Assembly: GCA_040006055.1 (NCBI GenBank)
Contig: JBDTXU010000069.1
Coordinates: 4,976-68,975 of the forward strand
DNA: 64,000 nucleotides
Reading direction: 5' to 3'
From: Sphingomonas bacterium
GTDB lineage: Bacteria; Pseudomonadota; Alphaproteobacteria; Sphingomonadales; Sphingomonadaceae
Shown here: piece after piece, positions 10,260 to 18,350 of the stretch
Position numbering within the stretch: the first letter of the stretch is position 1
Layout: the number at the start of each line of letters is the position of its first letter
Notes under the pieces: generated by a model
Told to the model about the DNA's origin: nothing
The model's database searches: none
The model's input: the letters and a program-made list of their open reading frames with translations, nothing else
Made by a program: the position numbers and the translations under genes

Positions 10260-11041
10260 CGGCGCTTCCCCCGGTTGCCATCATCACTGGCGGTAGCGGC
10301 GGACTGGCCCCGGGGATCGCTCGTGTGCTGCTGGAGAAGGGCTATGCAGTCGTGCTTGTCGCCCGCGACGAAGCGCGCCTGCGACGGACGGCGGACGCCT
10401 TAAAAGGCCATACCGCTGCGCCAGTCGACGCCGTTGCTTGCGACGTTACTCAGGACACATCGGTCCAAGCCATGGTCTCGGCAGCGCTCGAGCGCTTCGG
10501 CCGGATCGACCTGCTGGTCAACGCGGCCGCCAGCAGCAACCCGATCGGCGGCGCGATTGAGGAGGTCGATGTGGACGCGCTGATCGGGGATCTCGACACC
10601 AAGGTCGGTGGCTATCTGCGCTGCATTCGCGCCGTGGCGCCTGCGATGAAGCGGCAGGGCAATGGGCGGATCGTCAATATCGGTGGCCTGACCGGTCGTT
10701 CGAGCGATACGCTGAGCGGGTTGCGCAACGTGGCCGTATCGCATCTCACCAAGGTGATGGCGGATCAGCTCGGCCCCTTCGGTATCACCGTTAACGCAGT
10801 GCATCCGGGCATCACACGCACGCCTCATCTGGACGAACTCTTCGCTGAAATGGCGCGTGAAAAGGAGACGACCAGCGCAGCGGTAGAGGCGGACTTCATC
10901 AGCCAGATTCCAACGCGGCGCCTGGCGCTGCCCGAAGATATCGGCGAAACCATTGCGTTCCTCGGTGGCCGGCGCGGCGACGCCGTCAACGGCGAATCGA
11001 TCACCGTCGATGGCGGTTACTCGCGTGGCATCTATCTGTAG
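10256..11041 (+). CDS. Atypical SDR, paralogue of 2249..3052
   Basis: GTGA overlap with upstream stop; AIITGGSGG; GRIVNIGGLT; ends VDGGYSRGIYL. Confidence 0.88.
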   Translation: MTALPPVAIITGGSGGLAPGIARVLLEKGYAVVLVARDEARLRRTADALKGHTAAPVDAVACDVTQDTSVQAMVSAALERFGRIDLLVNAAASSNPIGGAIEEVDVDALIGDLDTKVGGYLRCIRAVAPAMKRQGNGRIVNIGGLTGRSSDTLSGLRNVAVSHLTKVMADQLGPFGITVNAVHPGITRTPHLDELFAEMAREKETTSAAVEADFISQIPTRRLALPEDIGETIAFLGGRRGDAVNGESITVDGGYSRGIYL

Positions 11042-11319
11042 GGGGCGGCGACATGAACGACCCGTCGCCGACCACCGTCCCCGGCACTCGCTCTCGCTGC
11101 GCGTCCATCATCGCGCAGATGAGATCCTGATCTAGGGGCCTCGCGGTGGCCCCGCCCGCACGGGCTTCATGAGGCGAGCGAGCCTGCGAGCGTCGACCCT
11201 GATGGCGCGGCGCGCGGACGCATGGAGCCGGGAGGCTGCTTGCGTCGCAAAGTGTCGTCCTCGAGGCCTTCCGGCACGGACACGCTTGTGGACGGTGGCC
11301 CGGGGTTACAACGAACCGT

Positions 11320-11336
11320 GTAACAGTTTCGCAACT
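11320..11336 (+). promoter_or_regulatory. Putative regulator site GTAACAGTTTCGCAACT
   Basis: 15/17 identical to the minus-strand site at 44605..44621, same orientation relative to the downstream gene. Confidence 0.5.
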
Positions 11337-11471
11337 CCTATCCGCTTTGCGGTTCGCCGACCTGTGTTACGCGGAGAGGCCATATTGGCACTTCCCGCCG
11401 GCCAAGGCGGACGGAAAGTTCGACGGCATGCCGAAGACGGCGACTTTCCGGAACAGCAGGACAATGAGCGC

Positions 11472-12098
11472 ATGATGAGAATTGGTTTCCGGACTCCGGA
11501 AGGAGCAACCCCTCGGCTCTGGTCGCGCCGAGCGGGGACCATCGCCGCGCTGATGCTCGCTACGGTATCGCTTCACGGCTGCAATTCTGCCCCCAAGGCC
11601 GAATCGCGTGCCACCGCTTCGGATAGCTACAAGCCGCCGTTCAAAACCGTGGCATCCATCAAGGAATTGATGGATTCCACTGTCGATCCTGCAGCGGACG
11701 GGCTGTGGGATTCGGTCGCGATCATCTCGAACGAAAAGGGTGTCGAGAAGCGCGAGCCGCACACTGACGAAGAATGGCAGGCGGTACGACGGCACACCGT
11801 CACATTGATCGAGTCCATGAACCTCGTGATGATGAACGGTCGTCACGCCGCCCCGCCGGGGACCAAGCCGAAACTGGGCGAATTGTCGCCCGATCAGATC
11901 GACGTGAAGATAGCTGCAAACCGACCCGAGTTCGATTTGTTTGCCGACGGCGTGCGCGGCAAGGCGATGGTGGCGCTGGATGCGATCGACCGGAAGGATA
12001 CCAAGGCGCTGTTCACCGTCGGCAGCGACATCGACCAGGCCTGCGAAGGCTGCCACGTCGCGTTCTGGTATCCGAATTCCCCGGCCCCGGCCAATTGA
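11472..12098 (+). CDS. Putative lipoprotein with C-terminal haem c motif (cytochrome c'-like)
   Basis: Hydrophobic leader ending LHGC; C-terminal CEGCH; RBS CAGGA. Confidence 0.75.
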   Translation: MMRIGFRTPEGATPRLWSRRAGTIAALMLATVSLHGCNSAPKAESRATASDSYKPPFKTVASIKELMDSTVDPAADGLWDSVAIISNEKGVEKREPHTDEEWQAVRRHTVTLIESMNLVMMNGRHAAPPGTKPKLGELSPDQIDVKIAANRPEFDLFADGVRGKAMVALDAIDRKDTKALFTVGSDIDQACEGCHVAFWYPNSPAPAN

Positions 12099-12295
12099 CG
12101 CGCACCCGCGAGGTTTTTCCCATTTTGCTCGGCCGGGCGCCGCTCGCGCTCGGCACTGCTCAAATCTGGAGCTTCGCGCCGGGGCATCTGGTCGGAGCAT
12201 AGTGAGACAGGCGCACGTCCAATCGCGCGTTCGATTTCGTGAGCCTCGGTGGGCGTGCGATCGATGGAGCGTGACACCCCGGCTTTCAAACCGTT

Positions 12296-12865
12296 TTACT
12301 TCGACGCCGAACGCGACGCATCATCGATGATGTAGCGCCAGCCACCATCGGCCTGCTTGCGCATGACCTCGATCCCACCACCAGTCAGTTCCTGTTTGAC
12401 GCCATCGGCGCTATTGAAGTTCATGCGCCAGTGGTTGGTTGTCAGGGCTATGTCCTGATAGAGGACGTGCCGACGGTCGCCGAGAACGATCTGCGGTTTC
12501 AACGCCAAGAGTTCGATGAAGTCTTCGCGCACGCGCGCCTTGCCGATCATGAGTTTGCCATCGGGATTCACGTAGGTGACATCGTCGAAGTAAAGATCAA
12601 CCAGTCCTTCTAGGTCTCCTGCGTTGAACCGTACCTGCCACGCGTCGTAGAGCTTATCGATTTCAGTGACCGGAGCGACACGGCGCGGAGGCGCATCCAC
12701 AGTCGCTCTCGCCGTGCCGCCGATGCCGGCCGCCAGCGTCCCCGCGGCCATTACGCGCAGGAACCTCGCGCGCGTAATGGTGCGCTGCTCTGCATCTGGC
12801 GAGCCGAGCAAGCGGGCTTTGCCTGGGTCTGCGCTCTGCCAGGCCTTGCGAATGGATCCGATCAC
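12296..12865 (-). CDS. Exported NTF2/SnoaL-like (YybH/DUF4440) protein
   Basis: FNAGDLEGLVDLY and VMRKQADGGWRYIID motifs; Tat-like TRARFL leader. Confidence 0.8.
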   Translation of the reverse strand: MIGSIRKAWQSADPGKARLLGSPDAEQRTITRARFLRVMAAGTLAAGIGGTARATVDAPPRRVAPVTEIDKLYDAWQVRFNAGDLEGLVDLYFDDVTYVNPDGKLMIGKARVREDFIELLALKPQIVLGDRRHVLYQDIALTTNHWRMNFNSADGVKQELTGGGIEVMRKQADGGWRYIIDDASRSASK

Positions 12866-13054
12866 GGCTTGCTCCTCTGATCACGCATGATGGCTATGCG
12901 AAGCGGCCATCAAGCTGTTGTGCTACCCTCGAGCTTGCGAGCGGGCGCGCTGCCCGTCCATCTCATCTTCGGCCGAAAATCCATTTGTTTCGGCCTTGGA
13001 CTGAGCTGCCACGCGGCCGACGGGGACGGTTGCAGGTGGCGGGCAGCCATGGCT

Positions 13055-13558
13055 TTATGCGTCCCCAACCGCGCAGAAGGCGCGATCGAAATAGACCAGG
13101 CCCCGCGCGCGCGTTCCGATCCGGACGTTGACCACATGGCCGACGAACAAGCTGTGCGTGCCGACATTGATGATCTGGTCCAGCGTGCAGTCGAGGCTCG
13201 CCAGCGTATCCTTCAGGATCGGGGCCCCGGTTTCCAGCATGTCCCACAGCTGCGGCTCACCGAACGGGTCGGCCTGCGACGCGCCGGAAAAGGCACCGAC
13301 CAGCGGTTGCTGTTCGTGGCTCAGCACATTGACCGAAAAGACGCCGTTCTGCTTGATCATGGCATTGCTGCGCGTCGATTTGTTGACGCAGACCAGCAGA
13401 TTGGGCGGGTCATCGGTGATGCTGGTTACCGCTGTTGCGGCGAGGCCGCGGCGCCCCGCCGGACCATCGGTCGTCACTAACGTCACGGCACTGGCGAAAC
13501 GTGCCATGGCCGAACGGAATGTCGGTGCTTCGCTCACGTCCATGCCGGCGTCCCCCAT
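13055..13558 (-). CDS. Flavin reductase (HpaC/RutF-like)
   Basis: FRSAMARFASAVTLVTT, SITDDPPNLLVCVN, GTHSLFVG, LVYFDR. Confidence 0.92.
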   Translation of the reverse strand: MGDAGMDVSEAPTFRSAMARFASAVTLVTTDGPAGRRGLAATAVTSITDDPPNLLVCVNKSTRSNAMIKQNGVFSVNVLSHEQQPLVGAFSGASQADPFGEPQLWDMLETGAPILKDTLASLDCTLDQIINVGTHSLFVGHVVNVRIGTRARGLVYFDRAFCAVGDA

Positions 13559-13699
13559 GCTGGCCCCTTGGGCGCGCATTGCGTGCTGAACGCATTGCGA
13601 TTCGAGGCAGGTGGCGCTCTGACTCGGAGTTTTCAGCCAAGTGCCACGCCATCCGGTCAGGCGTATTCCACAGTTTACAGTGAATGGCAATATTGGCGC

Positions 13700-13876
13700 A
13701 TTGTTGCATAAACAGAACAATTACAGGATGGGAATCATTGGAATCGCAGGGCGCGCGGTGGCTCATCGAGGGCGTTACCCCCATCAAAATCTCCACATCG
13801 AAGCGCGCCTCGATCATGCTGACTTCCGCGTTGGAGAGGAAGAACCATTTTCCAATTGTTGCTAATATGCAAAAAT
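13700..13876. promoter_or_regulatory. Two imperfect TGT-N12-ACA palindromes in an AT-rich divergent region
   Basis: ATTGTTGCATAAACAGAACAAT (13700..13721) and ATTGTTGCTAATATGCAAAAAT (13855..13876). Confidence 0.5.
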
Positions 13877-13982
13877 TACGACATACTGCAGTACACTGTT
13901 GCGTTTTCATCGACTTTCCGCGAGGACTCTGACGATGCGATGCAAAGGCCGCGATTCGATCAGTGGCAAGACGGAGGTTTGT

Positions 13983-14207
13983 ATGACCACCCAGCTTCCC
14001 AAGGTGGCGCAGCACGATCAGCGTAGCCAGTCTCATCGGCTTGCTACCGATGACGGCGAAGCCAAATGCAGCGATGAAGTTCTGGCGGGTTCGGTGCCCG
14101 CCCAGGTGGTGCAAATGGTCGATGTCTTGGCCCAGGCGAAGGACGCGGCGATCGGCGTACAGTCGCTCACCCTCAATGGCTGCAACGCGCGCGGCATCTT
14201 TCTGTGA
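13983..14207 (+). pseudogene. Degenerate, internally deleted SDR remnant
   Basis: GGAGGT RBS and ATG; C-terminus AIGVQSLTLNGCNARGIFL resembles AVNGESITVDGGYSRGIYL of the SDR at 10256. Confidence 0.5.
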
Positions 14208-14218
14208 AGGGATAGGCG

Positions 14219-14791
14219 ATGCAATCCGAAACCGGCCCGGTAATGCTCAAATATCCGCTGTCGATGCGCCTGCTGCATTGGGCGCGGGCGGCCATTGTCC
14301 TCGGGCTGATCAGTTCGGGCTGGTATATGACCGGCCTGCCGGAATCGACCCCAATGGCAACTTTCGACATGTTTTACCATAATCACAAGCAGTTCGGCGT
14401 GCTGGTCTGGCTGCTGGCGGTGGTTCATCTGACGATCCGCTGGCGCAACCGCCGGGTGCTGCCGCACGCACCGCAGTCCCTTTCGCCCTGGGAAAAGGCC
14501 TTGTCCCACTTGGTGCACCGCCTGATCATCGCGCTGACGCTGATCACGCCGCTGCTCGGCTATTCGATGTCGTCAAGTTTCACCCAGAGCGACGGCGTGC
14601 CGTTCTTCTTCTTCGGCGACTTGCCCGAAGTGCTGCCCAAGAATGACGATGCGTTCAAGATCCTCGACACGCTTCACGGCTACAGCGCCTATCTGCTGCT
14701 GGGCCTGATCGCGCTGCATTTGGCCGGGGCGGCTAAGCACCGTCTCATGGACAAGGGCGGCGAAACGGATGTCCTGCCGCGGATGCTGTGA
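14219..14791 (+). CDS. Cytochrome b561
   Basis: RLLHW, NHKQFG, LVHRL, TLHGY haem-ligand His in four TM helices. Confidence 0.9.
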   Translation: MQSETGPVMLKYPLSMRLLHWARAAIVLGLISSGWYMTGLPESTPMATFDMFYHNHKQFGVLVWLLAVVHLTIRWRNRRVLPHAPQSLSPWEKALSHLVHRLIIALTLITPLLGYSMSSSFTQSDGVPFFFFGDLPEVLPKNDDAFKILDTLHGYSAYLLLGLIALHLAGAAKHRLMDKGGETDVLPRML

Positions 14792-14823
14792 CCCGGCTCC
14801 TTTCCAGCCCGAGGACCTGAGCG

Positions 14824-16251
14824 ATGACTGACTCCGCCCTGCAGCTGCTGCGGCTCGAATATCTCGATGACGCCGGCTTGAACGTAACCAACCCGGCCGA
14901 CGGCAGCGTGGTTGCGACCATTCGGCGCTACGATGTGTCCGGGCTTACCGAAATCATCGAACGCGCCGAAGCGGCGCGCCATGGCTGGGCTGCGCGCACC
15001 GCCAAGGAGCGCAGCGACGTGCTGCGCGCGTGGTATAACCTGATCTGCGCAAATACCGAGGGCCTGGCCCGGTTGATGACGCTGGAAAGCGGCAAGCCGC
15101 TCGACGAGGCGCGGGGCGAGGTCAAATACGGCGCGGCCTTCATCGAATGGTTTTCGGAAGAAGCGCGCCGCGCCTATGGCGAGGTGATCCCCTCTCATGC
15201 CGCGGGCAAGCGGATCGTGACGCTGCGCCAGCCGGTCGGCACCTGCGCGGCAATCACCCCGTGGAACTTCCCGCTGGCGATGATCACGCGCAAGGTGGGC
15301 CCGGCGCTGGCGGCGGGCTGTTCGATCGTGGTCAAGCCGGCCGAATACACCCCACTGTCCGCGCTGGCGCTGGAAAATCTGGCACATCAGGCCGGGGTTC
15401 CGCATGATCTGTTCCGGGTTGCCCCGGCCGTCCGGTCGTCCGACGCGGGCGACCTGTTCTGCAGCCATCCAATGATCCGCAAGATCAGTTTCACCGGTTC
15501 GACCCAGGTCGGCAAGGTGATCATGGCCAAGGCAGCCGGCCAGGTGAAGCGGCTCAGCCTCGAACTGGGCGGCAATGCGCCCTTCATCGTGTTCGACGAT
15601 GCCGATCTCGACAAGGCGATCGACGGGGCCATCGCCTCGCGCTTTCGCAACGCCGGCCAGACCTGCGTATGCGCTAACCGGTTCCTGGTGCAGGAGGGCG
15701 TCCATGACGCCTTCGTCGAAAAGCTCGCGGCGCGGGTCGCGGCCTTGAACATGGGCGATGGCCTTGCCAATCCCTCGAGCATGGGGCCGCTGATCGCCAG
15801 TTCCGAGGTGACCCGTGTGGCCGATCTGGTCAAGCTTGCCGAATCCCAGGGCGCGGTGCGCGTCGGCACACCCCCGGCGACGCCCGTCACAGGCGCCTTC
15901 CACCCACCCGTCGTGCTGGCCGGGGTCACCACGGCCATGACCATCGCGCACGAGGAAATCTTTGGCCCGGTCGCTCAGGTCATCCGCTTCAGCGACGAGG
16001 CCGAAGCCCTGCGCATCGCCAACGACACGCCGTTCGGCCTCGCGGCTTATGTCTACACCGCCGACGCGGCACGCCAGTGGCGGGTCATGGAGGGGCTGGA
16101 ATATGGCATGGTCGGGGTCAATGACGGACTGATCTCGACCGAAGTCGCGCCGTTCGGCGGCGTCAAGGAATCGGGCTTCGGCCGCGAGGGCTCAAGCCAT
16201 GGCCTGGCGGATTACATGAACGTGAAATACTGCCTGATCGGCGGCCTCTGA
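14824..16251 (+). CDS. gabD: Succinate-semialdehyde dehydrogenase family (NAD(P)+)
   Basis: ITPWNFPLAMITRK, LELGGNAPF, FRNAGQTCVCANR, PFGGVKESG. Confidence 0.9.
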   Translation: MTDSALQLLRLEYLDDAGLNVTNPADGSVVATIRRYDVSGLTEIIERAEAARHGWAARTAKERSDVLRAWYNLICANTEGLARLMTLESGKPLDEARGEVKYGAAFIEWFSEEARRAYGEVIPSHAAGKRIVTLRQPVGTCAAITPWNFPLAMITRKVGPALAAGCSIVVKPAEYTPLSALALENLAHQAGVPHDLFRVAPAVRSSDAGDLFCSHPMIRKISFTGSTQVGKVIMAKAAGQVKRLSLELGGNAPFIVFDDADLDKAIDGAIASRFRNAGQTCVCANRFLVQEGVHDAFVEKLAARVAALNMGDGLANPSSMGPLIASSEVTRVADLVKLAESQGAVRVGTPPATPVTGAFHPPVVLAGVTTAMTIAHEEIFGPVAQVIRFSDEAEALRIANDTPFGLAAYVYTADAARQWRVMEGLEYGMVGVNDGLISTEVAPFGGVKESGFGREGSSHGLADYMNVKYCLIGGL

Positions 16252-16278
16252 CAAGTATTCCAGCGGGGTAAGCGCACA

Positions 16279-16677
16279 ATGGACGGTGACCGCTTCGAAA
16301 AGGGCCTGGCAATCCGCAAGGAGGTGCTGGGCGATGAATATGTCACCCGCTCGCTGGAGCTGGCCGACGAATTTACCCGGCCGATGCAGGAGCTTTCCAC
16401 CGCCTATTGCTGGGGCGAGATATGGTCGCGCGAGGGGCTGTCGCGGCGCGACCGCAGCCTGCTCAATCTTGCCATGATCAGTGCCCTGAACCGACCGCAC
16501 GAGCTCAGGCTGCACGTCAAGGCGGCGCTGCGCAACGGTCTGACTCGCGAAGAGATTCGGGAGGCCCTGCTGCAAGTGGCGGTCTATTGCGGCGTGCCGG
16601 CCGGAATCGATTCAACCCGCATCGCGCGCGAAGCAATCGCCGAGTTCGAGGCCGAGCTGGCCGAAAAGGCAGGATAG
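16279..16677 (+). CDS. Carboxymuconolactone decarboxylase family protein
   Basis: GLAIRKEVLG, WGEIWSREGL, ELRLHVKAALRNG, VYCGVPA. Confidence 0.92.
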   Translation: MDGDRFEKGLAIRKEVLGDEYVTRSLELADEFTRPMQELSTAYCWGEIWSREGLSRRDRSLLNLAMISALNRPHELRLHVKAALRNGLTREEIREALLQVAVYCGVPAGIDSTRIAREAIAEFEAELAEKAG

Positions 16678-16817
16678 CTTTCGCCGCCGACATTCGGTGT
16701 GGTGGGCAGGCGCAAGGTTGGGCTGGACCGGCGGATCTGGCGCAGTTGGGAACCCGGCTGGCCGAAATTGCAGCGTATCGGACCATCCGGGCAATTCTGT
16801 CTGCAGCAAGCCGTGTC

Positions 16818-16833
16818 ATTCTAAGTTTGAAAT
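16818..16833. promoter_or_regulatory. Degenerate TTTA-N4-TAAA (MarR-type) box
   Basis: ATTCTA-AGTT-TGAAAT; compare 49238 and 60704. Confidence 0.35.
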
Positions 16834-16972
16834 AAAAACTTCACAGGGATCTGCATCGGGCACGGCCGCTCGGTTGGGGGATTTGTCGTTATTTCTGCCG
16901 CCGGGCAGTGACACCCGCCAGACCGATCATCCGTCGACGCTGCGGTGAGGCAAATTGCTTCGGAGATAGCAA

Positions 16973-18337
16973 TTGAGCAGTCCGGCGCGATTTCAAGGCG
17001 TGGTCGTAAAGGTGCATCGCTACCTCGGGCTGTCGCTTGCCTTTTTTTTGATCCTCGTTGCCGGCACGGGCAGCATCATCGCCTTCTATGACGACCTCGA
17101 GCGGACCCTCAACGCGCGCATGCGTGTGGTCACCCCGCAGGCCAAAGGCTGGACTCTGCACGATGCTCTGGTGATCCGCGCGCACCTGGAAGCGCAGGAT
17201 CCACGATCACGTGTCTTCTCGCTGCAGTTCCCGCAGCGGCCGGATGAATCCCTGTTTTCCAGGGTCAATCCTGCGATCGATCCTCATACCGGCAAGGCCT
17301 ACGATATCGGTTACGACGAGGTTTTCGCCAATCCTTATACCGGGGAGCGGCTTGGGCAGCGGTTGATCGGTGCCGCCACGCTGCACCCGGCAGGTTTGCC
17401 CTCATTCCTCTATTATCTCCATTACGCGCTGATCTTCCCGCTTGGCCTGGGAATTATGCTGATCGGCGTCCTGGGCCTGGTCTGGGCGTTCGAATGTGTG
17501 ACCGGTCTTTACCTGACGCTTCCGCTCAAGGTGAAACGGCGCAGCGGTGGCACCAAGCCTCGACCGTTCCATCGACGCTGGGCAACCTCGTGGAAAGTCA
17601 GTCGAGGGAGCAATTCCAACCGTGTCATCCTGGATCTGCATCGCGCACCGGGGCTGTGGTTGTGGCTGCTGCTGCTCGTCTTTGCGGTCACCGGCTTCGC
17701 GCTCAATCTGGGCGGCTACTATGCGGGCTTTGTCAAAACGTTCGCGGCCTACGAACATTTTCAGGAATTGCCGCCGCGCGCGCCGTTGGCGCAGCCGCTG
17801 CTCAATCCGCCGGTTGACTGGTTCAGGGCCGCCGAACTCGGGCAACGCTATTTTGCCGAACAGGCGAGGATCGATGGCTTCGCCGTCGGCAAGCCCGCCG
17901 CGATCGAGTACCGGGAAGATCTGGGTGTCTATTTCTTCCTGATGCACACCTCGCGCGATCTCCTCGACGCGCAAGGCAACCCGACCGAGACGGATTCGCC
18001 CGCGACTGCCGCAACGATCGTGATCGATGCGCGCAATGGGCAGTTCATGGGCTTGCAACTGCCAACCGGACAGCGGGCCGGAAATACGGTGACAAGCTGG
18101 CTCGTGGCACTCCACGTCACCGCAATCGGGGGGCGCCCCTGGCAGATCGCCGTTGCCGCATTCGGCCTTCTGGTGGCGGGAATTTCCGCAACCGGCGTCC
18201 TGCTCTGGTGGCGCCGGCGCAAGACGCGCCGGCCACAGGCAACAGCGGCGCGCGCCGCCTCGAATTTCGATCGCACTTCCCGACAGGGTCTGCCCGGTCG
18301 GTCGCAACTTCCACCCATCGTCAAGACCAACATGTGA
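16973..18337 (+). CDS. PepSY-associated TM helix protein
   Basis: VHRYLGL, NPYTGE, YLHY, TGLYL, DLHRAPG, ALH motifs. Confidence 0.9.
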   Translation: MSSPARFQGVVVKVHRYLGLSLAFFLILVAGTGSIIAFYDDLERTLNARMRVVTPQAKGWTLHDALVIRAHLEAQDPRSRVFSLQFPQRPDESLFSRVNPAIDPHTGKAYDIGYDEVFANPYTGERLGQRLIGAATLHPAGLPSFLYYLHYALIFPLGLGIMLIGVLGLVWAFECVTGLYLTLPLKVKRRSGGTKPRPFHRRWATSWKVSRGSNSNRVILDLHRAPGLWLWLLLLVFAVTGFALNLGGYYAGFVKTFAAYEHFQELPPRAPLAQPLLNPPVDWFRAAELGQRYFAEQARIDGFAVGKPAAIEYREDLGVYFFLMHTSRDLLDAQGNPTETDSPATAATIVIDARNGQFMGLQLPTGQRAGNTVTSWLVALHVTAIGGRPWQIAVAAFGLLVAGISATGVLLWWRRRKTRRPQATAARAASNFDRTSRQGLPGRSQLPPIVKTNM

Positions 18338-18350
18338 AGGGGACCACGCC

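Noticed and set aside
11053-11135. Short ORF or gene remnant after the SDR
   Set aside because: About 25 codons, no recognisable homology
16678-16972. Riboswitch upstream of the PepSY/TonB receptor pair
   Set aside because: No cobalamin, TPP or other conserved aptamer signature recognisable
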